64,000 nt of DNA, taken from contig CBDCKW010000009.1 of assembly GCA_965218435.1 (NCBI GenBank), positions 1,440,001-1,504,000 of the forward strand, written 5' to 3'. The position numbers were made by a program, and so were the translations under genes. A model generated the notes under the pieces. That model ran no database searches. It had not been told where the DNA came from and was given only the letters and a program-made list of their open reading frames with translations. This DNA comes from Truepera sp. (GTDB lineage Bacteria; Deinococcota; Deinococci; Deinococcales; Trueperaceae). This document shows, piece after piece, positions 1 through 8,623 of this stretch (its first letter is position 1; each line of letters begins with the position of its first letter).

Positions 1-670
1 CGGGTGATAGGTGGTGAAGCTGAGGCGTTTCTGATCGCCACTGTTTGCAGTGCGGCTCCACAAGGCCGAAAGCGTTGGACGCTGGAACTTCTCCGAGACA
101 AAGTAATTGCAGCAGGTTACGTCGACGAGGTTGCTAAAGAAACGGTTCGCCAAACGCTCAAAAAAACGAACTTAAACCTTGGCTAAAAAGGTGCTGGGTC
201 ATTCCGCCCAAAGAGAACGCCCGTTTTGTGGCTCAAATGGAAGATGTCTTGGAAGTTTACCAGCGCCCGCACGACCCTAAACGCCCCGTGATTTGCTTGG
301 ACGAAGCTTGCAAGCAGCTTACCAGCAGCACTCAAGAGAGTTTGCCCTTAGAGCCAGGCAAACCGGTGCGGGTGGACTATGAATACGAGCGCCACGGTCA
401 AGCCAACCTGTTTATGCTCTTTGCGCCACTCGAAGCTTGGCGTGAGGTGTGCGTTCATAAGTCGCGCAATGCTAGCGATTATGCCCACGTCATCCGCTAT
501 TTGGTCGATGAGTGCTTTCCCCAAGCCGATAAAGTCGTACTAGTACAGGATAACTTGAGCACTCATCACGCCAGCAGTCTCTACCAAACCTTCCCGCCTG
601 ACGAAGCAGCGCGGTTAGTACAAAAACTTGAGGTTCACTACACGCCGGTACATGGCTCCTGGCTAAATAT

Positions 671-745
671 GCGGGCAGGCCCGGAAGCGGCCAAGCCCGG
701 TAGGTGCTGCTTTAAGGCCAAGACAGGTGCCGTTTTGCCCAAGAC
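671..745 (+). mobile_element. Tiny structured insertion element, copy A (37-bp outer unit containing nested copy A')
   Basis: GCGGGCAGGCCCGGAA[38 bp]AGGTGCCGTTTTGCCCAAGAC. Removal restores ATG GCT GAA (M-A-E). Confidence 0.85.
687..724 (+). mobile_element. Tiny structured insertion element, nested variant copy A' (38 bp)
   Basis: GCGGCCAAGCCCGGTAGGTGCTGCTTTAAGGCCAAGAC has the same GCGG...AAGAC ends and compensatory stem changes. It sits in the loop of copy A. Confidence 0.75.
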
Positions 746-1448
746 GGCTGAAATAGAGCTCTCTGTCTTAGCTAAACAGTGTCTCGCTGAACACGTAACC
801 TCTGTGGATACCCTCAAAAACAACACTCGGCACTGGACTCGGCAGCGTAATGACCACAAAAACATGGTGGACTGGCGTTTCACTACAGATGATGCTCGCA
901 CTAAACTTAAAAGGCTTTATCCCTCTGTTCTACCTGGTTAGAGTACTAGTCGTTCGTTTATCTGTATGGCCGATCTTTTTGAAATGGCACTTTTGCTTGT
1001 AGCCGAAAAACCGGTTCTCTGGAGCAATATCAAACTACCGGTGGATACCTAGTCTCCGAGCTACTTAACCCAAACGCGGGCAAAGCTGTAAGTGGCCCGA
1101 GCCTTCCCTTGTCTGCAGTGAGGGCAGCGTCTCGAGCACGCTCTTTGACACGTTAAACACAGACTTTTTAGATGGTAAAAACCAAACCTACGTAAACGGG
1201 GTATGCCGAGCATCAGCCCTTACCGGCAGCGTCCACATCCCCCGTAAAGCTTTGGTCAACATAATCGTTCTTTGAGACGCACAACAGCACTTGGACCGGC
1301 CAACCTTTTGCAAGGAGTGTCCGAGCGAGGCGCACACAGTCATCATGCTCCCAGCTAGCTCGTTACGTCCGTTGTAGTCAAAAAGAACCACGAAAAGAGG
1401 AAGAGGCTGTGTAGCTTCTTCCTCTTCTGCGTCTAAGACGACTTTCTC

Positions 1449-1525
1449 TGGTCGGGGTGACATGATTTGAACATGCGACCACTTGACCCCCAGTCAAGTG
1501 CGCTACCAGGCTGCGCTACACCCCG
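1449..1525 (-). tRNA. tRNA-Pro (GGG) with encoded CCA
   Basis: Reverse complement CGGGGTGTAGCGCAGCCTGGTAGCGCACTTGACTGGGGGTCAAGTGGTCGCATGTTCAAATCATGTCACCCCGACCA folds as a cloverleaf with anticodon GGG. Confidence 0.97.
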
Positions 1526-1588
1526 AGGCGACGGCGTTTCAGCTCTAAAAGCGTAGCATGGGCCTAGCAGCACGTCAACTTAGCCTGA

Positions 1589-2740
1589 CTAAACGAGGTG
1601 ACGTTCGCGCCTTTTTAGAGCTTTGCCAAAACGTTCTAAACGGAGCGTAGAAACGTCTATCAAGGGCGCGTCCCCCGCGACTTCAGCCGCGATGACGTGC
1701 CCGGTCGCCGCGGCTTGTTGAACGCCGTGACCGGAAAAGCCGCAGGCGTTAAACCACCCCGGGGCGTCGGTCATTTCACCTAAAACAGGGCCGCCGTCAG
1801 GCGTAACCTCGTAGTATCCCCAAAAGCTGTTGGCGCGGTCGAGCGTCAGCGTCTCGAGCCAGGGAAACCGGGGGTGCGCAACCTTGTAAACCTCCCTCAG
1901 CCAAGCCCAATCTATACCTGCGTGCCACCCTGCGGCTTGCGCCGGGTTGCTGACGGTAAAAATTACGGTATCGCCGTGCCCACGGAGCCAAAAATTGCTG
2001 GTTGTATCTACCGTCAGCGGATATGAACGGGCGCTGTTCCCGCCCAGCGTGCGGTAGACCGAGCGTTTAACCGGCACCACCGGTACCTCTAACCCGGCCT
2101 TGTACGCGACCTCTCCGGCCCACGCGCCCGCTGCATTGACGACCAAAGGTGCCGTCAAGGTCTCGCGGGGTGTTCTGACGACCCACGACCCGGCAACTCG
2201 TGTGATCTCTAAAACTGGCGCGTCCAAGTAGAGCCGCGTCCCCCGCGTCTGCGCCTCACGAAGGTAAACCTGTAAAACCGCCAGCGGGTTGATGTACCCG
2301 TCGGCAGGGCCGTAGCTGCAGCGGTAGAGACCAGCTTCAGCAAAGGAGACGAGCGTCTGCGCTTCGTCCGGCGTCAGCTCAGAAATCGGTGCCCCTACGC
2401 GCCGCTGGACCTGAATACCCCGTTCGTGCTCCGGCCAAGCTTTCTCAGAAACGAGAAAAAGGTAGCCGACAGGCCGGTAGCCACTACTTACCCCGTAACG
2501 TTCCCTAAATGTCCGGTACTCCTGAATACTCTCCCACGACAGCCGGACGTTGACCTCTTCACTAAACTGCACCCGTACCCCGGCCCCGCTCCGTCCGGTC
2601 GAACCCTGACCCAGCTCGGGGGCAGCCTCGAGTACCACCACCTTAAAGCCCCGTTCAGCGAGCCGAAACGCGCACGCAGCGCCGATGATGCCTCCACCTA
2701 TAACGATTACATCCGCGGTACTGCGCCCAAAAGTTGCCAT
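1589..2740 (-). CDS. FAD-dependent oxidoreductase (DAO / sarcosine oxidase beta-like)
   Basis: N-terminal VIVIGGGIIG motif, GSTGRSGAG, C-terminal GFSGHG. Confidence 0.9.
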   Translation of the reverse strand: MATFGRSTADVIVIGGGIIGAACAFRLAERGFKVVVLEAAPELGQGSTGRSGAGVRVQFSEEVNVRLSWESIQEYRTFRERYGVSSGYRPVGYLFLVSEKAWPEHERGIQVQRRVGAPISELTPDEAQTLVSFAEAGLYRCSYGPADGYINPLAVLQVYLREAQTRGTRLYLDAPVLEITRVAGSWVVRTPRETLTAPLVVNAAGAWAGEVAYKAGLEVPVVPVKRSVYRTLGGNSARSYPLTVDTTSNFWLRGHGDTVIFTVSNPAQAAGWHAGIDWAWLREVYKVAHPRFPWLETLTLDRANSFWGYYEVTPDGGPVLGEMTDAPGWFNACGFSGHGVQQAAATGHVIAAEVAGDAPLIDVSTLRLERFGKALKRRERHLV

Positions 2741-2792
2741 TTGCAGAGTATAGCGCCTCGAATAAAACCACCAAGAATCTCAGAGAAATAAA

Positions 2793-2829
2793 TTTTTCAC
2801 GAGCAGATGTGTTGTGAATTAAAACACTT
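2793..2829. repeat. Dispersed palindrome TTCAC-N13-GTGAA, copy 1
   Basis: TTTTTCACGAGCAGATGTGTTGTGAATTAAAACACTT; four related copies elsewhere in the window. Confidence 0.75.
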
Positions 2830-3134
2830 AAAAGTCATCGGAACAGTGCTCCCGGCAAGGGTTGTAACCGACGCCACCTCAGAGCGTGGGTCCTGATTAG
2901 AAAAACTTATGCTGAAAAGCGGTCCTATCCTGAACTTCGGTCCTACCCATTAGACGCTACTTGCTCACGTAGGAGAGAACCGGCATAAGGCTTTCGGCGT
3001 TATGCAACACCGCCTACGGTAGGTTTTCAGCTTCGTTTGCTACAATAACGACCACAGTACAATTCGTGCCCTGAAAGGAGTTTTAACGTCCGTTCGCCCG
3101 CCGCTTTAATTTTTGGCAACAAGAAAGGAACACC

Positions 3135-4652
3135 ATGATTCAAGATGTAGAAAGCCGCGTTAAACCCCCCGTAGATTTCAAAAAACGTTACGACAACTTT
3201 ATCGGCGGCGAGTTCGTTCCTCCAGCGAAGGGGATGTACTTTGAAAACCCCTCACCGGTCACCGGTCAAACCTTTTGCGAGGTCGCCCGCTCGACCGCTG
3301 AAGACGTCGAAAAAGCGCTCGACGCCGCGCACGCTGCCAAGGGCGCGTGGGGCCGCACCTCACCGGCGGAGCGTTCCAACATCCTCTTAAAGATCGCCGA
3401 CCGAATCGAAGAAAACTTGGAAACGCTCGCCAAAGTCGAAACCTGGGACAACGGCAAGGCGCTCCGTGAAACGGTGGCCGCCGACCTGCCGCTCGCGGTA
3501 GATCACTTCCGCTATTTTGCCGGGGCGATTCGCGCCCAAGAGGGCGGGATTTCACAGATTGACAACGACACCGTGGCGTACCACTTCCACGAGCCGATCG
3601 GCGTGGTGGCGCAGATTATCCCGTGGAACTTTCCTATCCTGATGGCAACCTGGAAGCTTGCGCCGGCCCTTGCAGCAGGCAACTGCGTCGTCTTAAAACC
3701 TGCTGAGCAAACCCCGATTGGCATCATGTTCGTCGCCGAACTCATCGCCGACTTGTTGCCCGCCGGTGTGCTCAATATCGTCCAGGGTTTCGGTGTCGAG
3801 GCCGGGAAACCGCTGGCGAGCAGCCCGCGCGTCGGCAAGGTCGCCTTTACCGGTGAGACCACGACGGGCCGCCTGATCATGCAGTACGCCTCGGAAAATC
3901 TGATCCCGGTGACCTTAGAACTCGGCGGAAAGTCGCCCAACGTCTTTTTTGAAGATGTGATGCGTGAAGACGACGCCTACTTCGACAAGGCGTTAGAAGG
4001 CTTTGCGTTGTTCGCCCTCAACCAAGGCGAAGTCTGCACTTGCCCGAGCCGCGCCCTGATTCAAGAATCGATCTACGACGCCTTTATGGAGCGCGCCGTG
4101 GCCCGCGTGGAAAAGATTCAGATGGGCAATCCTTTAGACCCCAATACGATGATGGGCGCACAGGCGTCGAACGACCAGTTAGAAAAAATCTTGTCCTACT
4201 TTGACATCGGTAAGTCTGAAGGGGCGAAGGTTTTGACGGGCGGGCAACGTAAGCAGATTGAAGGGTTGGAAGAGGGCTACTACGTCGAACCGACCATCTT
4301 TGAAGGCAACAACAAGATGCGCGTCTTTCAAGAGGAGATTTTCGGCCCGGTCGTCTCGGTGACTTCGTTTAAGGATGAAGCCGATGCGCTCGCTATCGCC
4401 AACGATACGCTCTACGGCCTCGGAGCCGGGGTTTGGAGCCGTGACGCCGACATCTGTTACCGGATGGGGCGCGGCATTCAAGCGGGCCGGGTCTGGGTCA
4501 ACAACTACCACGCGTATCCCGCGCACGCGGCTTTCGGCGGCTACAAGCAGTCGGGTGTAGGCCGTGAAAACCACCTGATGATGTTAGACCATTACCAGCA
4601 GACCAAAAACATGCTGGTGTCTTACAGCAAAGACGCGCTCGGGTTCTTTTAG
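3135..4652 (+). CDS. Aldehyde dehydrogenase (AldB/ExaC-like)
   Basis: [21 protein letters not shown] and EEIFGPV motifs; followed by DUF779; RBS AAGGA. Confidence 0.95.
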   Translation: MIQDVESRVKPPVDFKKRYDNFIGGEFVPPAKGMYFENPSPVTGQTFCEVARSTAEDVEKALDAAHAAKGAWGRTSPAERSNILLKIADRIEENLETLAKVETWDNGKALRETVAADLPLAVDHFRYFAGAIRAQEGGISQIDNDTVAYHFHEPIGVVAQIIPWNFPILMATWKLAPALAAGNCVVLKPAEQTPIGIMFVAELIADLLPAGVLNIVQGFGVEAGKPLASSPRVGKVAFTGETTTGRLIMQYASENLIPVTLELGGKSPNVFFEDVMREDDAYFDKALEGFALFALNQGEVCTCPSRALIQESIYDAFMERAVARVEKIQMGNPLDPNTMMGAQASNDQLEKILSYFDIGKSEGAKVLTGGQRKQIEGLEEGYYVEPTIFEGNNKMRVFQEEIFGPVVSVTSFKDEADALAIANDTLYGLGAGVWSRDADICYRMGRGIQAGRVWVNNYHAYPAHAAFGGYKQSGVGRENHLMMLDHYQQTKNMLVSYSKDALGFF

Positions 4653-4664
4653 ACTCTGACGTCA

Positions 4665-4700
4665 AGCCTCGAGCCCCGTTTGCAGGTTGGGCTCGAGGCT
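4665..4700 (+). terminator. Strong hairpin downstream of the aldehyde dehydrogenase gene
   Basis: AGCCTCGAGCCC...GGGCTCGAGGCT perfect 12-bp inverted repeat; no clear U-tract. Confidence 0.5.
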
Positions 4701-4851
4701 GCTTCTGACAGCGGTTTACAGTGGAAACTTAAGTTGGGAATGAAAAATATAGAAGGCAGAATCCTGGACGCTTCTGTATTCTTCATTTTGCCTTCCACCT
4801 TCTCACTTACAACGAACTGTCACCCTACTCGAAACCCAAAAAGGAGAACGT

Positions 4852-5274
4852 ATGGATACAGTTAAACGCACCGCCGACGGGCGCGTCGAACGGGTCGGTA
4901 TCACCCCGAAGGCCGCTGAGCTGTTAGAGACGCTTAAGGTGATTCACGGCCCGCTGATGTTTCACCAGTCGGGTGGGTGTTGCGACGGCTCGTCGCCGAT
5001 GTGTTACCCACGCGGCGATTTCCGGCTGGGTCAGGTAGACATCTATCTCGGGACGGTCGCGGGCGCACCGTTTTACATCAGCGCGTCGCAGTACGAGTAC
5101 TGGAAACACACGCATCTAACGGTTGACGTCGTAAAAGGACGCGGCAGCGGGTTTTCAGTCGAAGCGCCCGAAGGCGTGAGGTTTTTAATCCGCTCCCGAA
5201 TTTTTAGCGACGAAGAGTACGCGCAGCTTTTGGCCGAGGGTGAGCCGACTCGAGGTGACCAACACGAACATTAA
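4852..5274 (+). CDS. DUF779 family protein
   Basis: GPLMFHQSGGCCDGSSPMCYP signature; usual partner of this aldehyde dehydrogenase family. Confidence 0.92.
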   Translation: MDTVKRTADGRVERVGITPKAAELLETLKVIHGPLMFHQSGGCCDGSSPMCYPRGDFRLGQVDIYLGTVAGAPFYISASQYEYWKHTHLTVDVVKGRGSGFSVEAPEGVRFLIRSRIFSDEEYAQLLAEGEPTRGDQHEH

Positions 5275-5286
5275 CTAAGAGCTAAA

Positions 5287-5317
5287 ATTTTCACAAGCAA
5301 GAGTATTGTGAAATAAA
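5287..5317. repeat. Dispersed palindrome TTCAC-N13-GTGAA, copy 2 (between convergent genes)
   Basis: ATTTTCACAAGCAAGAGTATTGTGAAATAAA. Confidence 0.75.
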
Positions 5318-5374
5318 TCATTAGCTCTAGCTTGTATGGCAGCTGAAAAGGGGAGAAGCATGTTCTAAGAACCT

Positions 5375-6089
5375 TTAGGCACGTGCAAAACCGTCCTGAT
5401 AGTCGGTGACAAACTGTCTCAAGCTGAGAGGCCCTCGTCCCAGCAACGTAGCGGTGTCGGCTGTAGTCCCGGCAGCGAGGCCAAACCGACACGCACTGTA
5501 GAGCGCGAGCCTCACGAAGATATACCCGCGCGGCAGCCCCCGTGAGCGCATCCTCCGGTAAAAGGTGAGGGGATTTGGATTAGTGTAGCTCACCCTTCTC
5601 CCCAACACGTCGGAAAAAATCTGCGCCGCTTCGGTGTAGCTTAGCGCCACCGACCCCGTAAGCTCGTAGGCTTTACCGTCGTGACCTGCTTCGGTCAGCA
5701 CCTTGGCTGCGACCGCGCCGACGTCTCTGGCGTCAATAAAATTCGTCCGACCGTGCCCCGCCGGGACAAAAATCTCATCGTGTTCCCGGACGTCTTGAGC
5801 GTGAACGCCGGAGAGGTTTTGCATAAAAAACGAGGGGCGCAAAATCGTCACCTCAAAATCGGATGTCTTGAGGTAATCTTCGACGCGGCGATGCGGTACC
5901 AGCGGGTTTTTCTCCGCCCCCTGGACCGACATAAAAACGACGTGCCGAACCCCTTGGGCACGGGCGACCTCGAGCGCCGGGAGCATCTCTCTGTTGATCT
6001 TCGTCAGCTGCGGTGGCCGCATTAAAAACACCCTGTCAACGCCCGCAAAAGCTGCCGTTCGGGCCGGTTGTACCTTCGGTTAGCTTCAC
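5375..6089 (-). pseudogene. NmrA/SDR-like NAD(P)-binding protein with an internally deleted, frameshifted N-terminus
   Basis: The C-terminal part is typical (GVDRVFLMRPP, ILRPSFFMQN, FIDARDVG, YELTG). The Rossmann start is missing in frame. An out-of-frame GTG at 6089, after a G-rich RBS, reads KLTEGTTGPNGS, resembling GATGxxG. Confidence 0.65.
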
Positions 6090-6260
6090 GGGTCCCCCTT
6101 TATCCCAGAGTAAGCGGGTTTGTCTAGACTGTAAAGGAGTTTCTCAACCTGAAGATGATAGGCAAACCGTAACTGTTTGAGCAGCCTGGGTACAACAACC
6201 TTACGGTTTTACCGTTGGGGAACAGCGGCTGGGAAACAGGAAAAGTCCATAAAGGACAAT

Positions 6261-6297
6261 TATTTCACAAGCAGTAGTGTTGTGAAATAAAACACTT
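6261..6297. repeat. Dispersed palindrome TTCAC-N13-GTGAA, copy 3
   Basis: TATTTCACAAGCAGTAGTGTTGTGAAATAAAACACTT. Confidence 0.78.
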
Positions 6298-6370
6298 GCC
6301 GTCCTATATGGGTAACTTGACCAGGGTCTTGTAGGTCTTTGGCTAAACCTACGACTTAAAAATCGTCTTA

Positions 6371-6928
6371 CTACGTTTCAGTTTCCCAATGTGCCAGACA
6401 TTTAAGCAGCTCATAGACAAACACTACGTCTCCGAGTGCACGGTGGCTGGCGTGCTGCGTTAAAAGTTCTTCTAATCCCTCGGTGACGACCGCTTTATGG
6501 AGGCCGTAGCTGGGACGACCATGCGTTTTGGCGTAAAGCCGCATCGCGCAAACGTAGAGCAGCTTAGGGTGGGGGAGACGCCAGCGGGCGCTGGTCTGCT
6601 CGAGCATCCGTGCGTCAAAGGAAGCGTTCCACGCCAGCACCGTTGCGTCTCTGGCTAACGCGACAAACTCGGGCAACACCTCGGGCCAGCTCGGCTCGTT
6701 TTGCAGGGCGTCAAGTGAAATCCCGTGGACGCGCTCTGCGTACGGGTTCATGACCGGCGTCTGCGGTTTTAGAAGCGTGTTAAGCCGAACCGCGCCGGTC
6801 GTATCCATGAGCGCCACTTCGATGACCTCGGCATCTTTTAGACCGGTCGTTTCGGTGTCGAGGATCAGGACGTCGGTCCGGCCCAAGAGCTTCCGGGCAG
6901 CTTCAGCGACGCGCGTTTGAGCTAACAC
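6371..6928 (-). CDS. DEDDh 3'-5' exonuclease (DnaQ-like)
   Basis: LDTETTG, WNASFD and HRALGD motifs. Confidence 0.9.
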   Translation of the reverse strand: MLAQTRVAEAARKLLGRTDVLILDTETTGLKDAEVIEVALMDTTGAVRLNTLLKPQTPVMNPYAERVHGISLDALQNEPSWPEVLPEFVALARDATVLAWNASFDARMLEQTSARWRLPHPKLLYVCAMRLYAKTHGRPSYGLHKAVVTEGLEELLTQHASHRALGDVVFVYELLKCLAHWETET

Positions 6929-7048
6929 ACGGTCCTAGCCGTCAACGAGCTTGAAGGTAGGTCATAAAGCATCGTTATCATTGTAAAGGTAGTGCAGTGC
7001 GGCGCACGTACGCTACACTGACGCAGACAAGCACGACGAGAGGACAAC

Positions 7049-8521
7049 TTGATGAGCACAACGCCTAAAGAAACGACCGCCACCAAAGCACAAGCAGACA
7101 TCGGTCTGATCGGCCTCGCGGTGATGGGCCGCAACCTGGTCTTAAACCTAAACGACCACGGCTACAAGGTCTCGGTCTATAACCGGACGACCTCGAGGAT
7201 GACCGACTTTACCCACGGCGAGGCGAGAGATACCGAGGTCACGGGTTACGCCGAGTTGCCGGAGTTTGTCGCGTCCCTTTCAACCCCGCGCAAAGTCATG
7301 TTGATGGTTGAAGCGGGCCGCCCGGTTGACGCGGTGATCGCGGAACTTACGCCCCTGTTAGAGCCCGGTGATATGGTTATCGACGGCGGCAACTCGAACT
7401 TTGAAGACACCCGCCGCCGCGACCACGAACTGAGGGACCGAGGCTTTCACTTTATCGGGACCGGGATTTCCGGCGGTGAAGAGGGGGCGCGTCACGGCCC
7501 CTCGATTATGCCGGGAGGCTCGCAGCAAGCGTGGCAAGAGGTTAAACCCATTTTGCAGAGCATCGCCGCGCACGTTCACGGCGTCCCCTGTTGCGACTAT
7601 GTAGGCGAAGACGGCGCGGGTCACTTTGTCAAAATGGTCCATAACGGCATCGAATACGGCGACATGCAGCTGATCGGCGAGGCGTACGGTTTGATGCGCA
7701 CAGTGCTGGGGCTGAGCGCCGACGACATGAGCGCGGTCTTTAAGCAGTGGAACACGGGCCGCTTGGACTCGTATCTCGTTGAAATTACCGGAACCATCTT
7801 GGCGGTTAAAGACAAAGACGGGTCGCCTTTAGTCGAGAAGATTCTAGACGTTGCCGGACAAAAAGGTACCGGACGCTGGACGGTGATCGCGGCACTTAAC
7901 GAAGGGATTCCGCTGACGCTGATCGGCGAGGCGGTCTTCTCCCGTTCGCTCTCGGCGCTTAAAGACGAGCGGGTGGCCGCGTCGAAAGTTTTAGGCGGTC
8001 CGGACGCGCCCACGGCTCCCGAACGAGACGCGTTTATCAGTGACCTCGAGGACGCCCTCTACGCCGCTAAAATCGTGTCGTACGCCCAAGGCTACATGCT
8101 GATGCGCTCAGCGGCCGAAACTTACGGTTGGAACCTCAACTACGGCGGCGTCGCGCAGATGTGGCGGGGCGGTTGCATCATCCGCTCAGTTTTTTTAGAC
8201 AACATCAAAGACGCTTTTGATCACAACGGTGAGCTCGCCAACTTGCTTTTAGACCCGTACTTTCAAGCAGCGGTCACCAAGGCGCAAGCCGCGTGGCGGC
8301 GGGTGGTGGCGACGGCGGTGGCGTGGGGCGTCCCGGTTCCGGCATTTTCAGCGGCCCTCGCCTTTTTCGACGGTTACCGCACCGCCGACCTCCCGGCGAA
8401 CTTGCTCCAAGCCCAACGTGACTTTTTCGGGGCACACACCTTTGAACGGGTTGATGAGTCCAGAGGCACCTTTTACCATCACAGCTGGCTCGGTGACGCC
8501 GGGGGGACGGCCGAGGGCTAA
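7049..8521 (+). CDS. gndA: NADP-dependent 6-phosphogluconate dehydrogenase (decarboxylating)
   Basis: IGLIGLAVMG, GHFVKMVHNGIEYGDMQ and QAQRDFFGAH motifs. Confidence 0.96.
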   Translation: MMSTTPKETTATKAQADIGLIGLAVMGRNLVLNLNDHGYKVSVYNRTTSRMTDFTHGEARDTEVTGYAELPEFVASLSTPRKVMLMVEAGRPVDAVIAELTPLLEPGDMVIDGGNSNFEDTRRRDHELRDRGFHFIGTGISGGEEGARHGPSIMPGGSQQAWQEVKPILQSIAAHVHGVPCCDYVGEDGAGHFVKMVHNGIEYGDMQLIGEAYGLMRTVLGLSADDMSAVFKQWNTGRLDSYLVEITGTILAVKDKDGSPLVEKILDVAGQKGTGRWTVIAALNEGIPLTLIGEAVFSRSLSALKDERVAASKVLGGPDAPTAPERDAFISDLEDALYAAKIVSYAQGYMLMRSAAETYGWNLNYGGVAQMWRGGCIIRSVFLDNIKDAFDHNGELANLLLDPYFQAAVTKAQAAWRRVVATAVAWGVPVPAFSAALAFFDGYRTADLPANLLQAQRDFFGAHTFERVDESRGTFYHHSWLGDAGGTAEG

Positions 8522-8623
8522 GCACTACTCGCTTAAAGACGGGTTCACCGTAAATTAATTCTTCCTTAATGTAAGGACGGTTACAACAGACCTTTGTGTT
8601 CCTGATCTGGTACGCTGAGCACC

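Larger units (their letters stand above)
1..941 (+). pseudogene. IS630 transposase with a -1 frameshift at A7 (160-166), interrupted by a 75-bp in-frame insertion next to the catalytic Glu
   Basis: A -1 shift at CTC AAAAAAA CG gives the typical LKKNELKPWLKRCWVIPP...MEDVLEVY. The motif HGSWLNM|AEIELS is split by 25 extra residues. Confidence 0.85.
1..948 (+). mobile_element. IS630-family insertion sequence, left part outside the window
   Basis: HTH fragment (RWTLELL) plus DDE domain (CLDE, QDNL, GSWLNMAEIE). Ends in ...GAGTAC-TA-G at about 941-949, consistent with a TA target. Confidence 0.9.

Noticed and set aside
160..166. Transposase frameshifts at A7 runs (here and 38356-38362) as inactivating mutations
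   Set aside because: A -1 slippage at such runs is an established feature of IS630 and some IS5-family elements.
1188..1463. 91-aa ORF on the minus strand
   Set aside because: It starts inside tRNA-Pro and has no recognisable motif.
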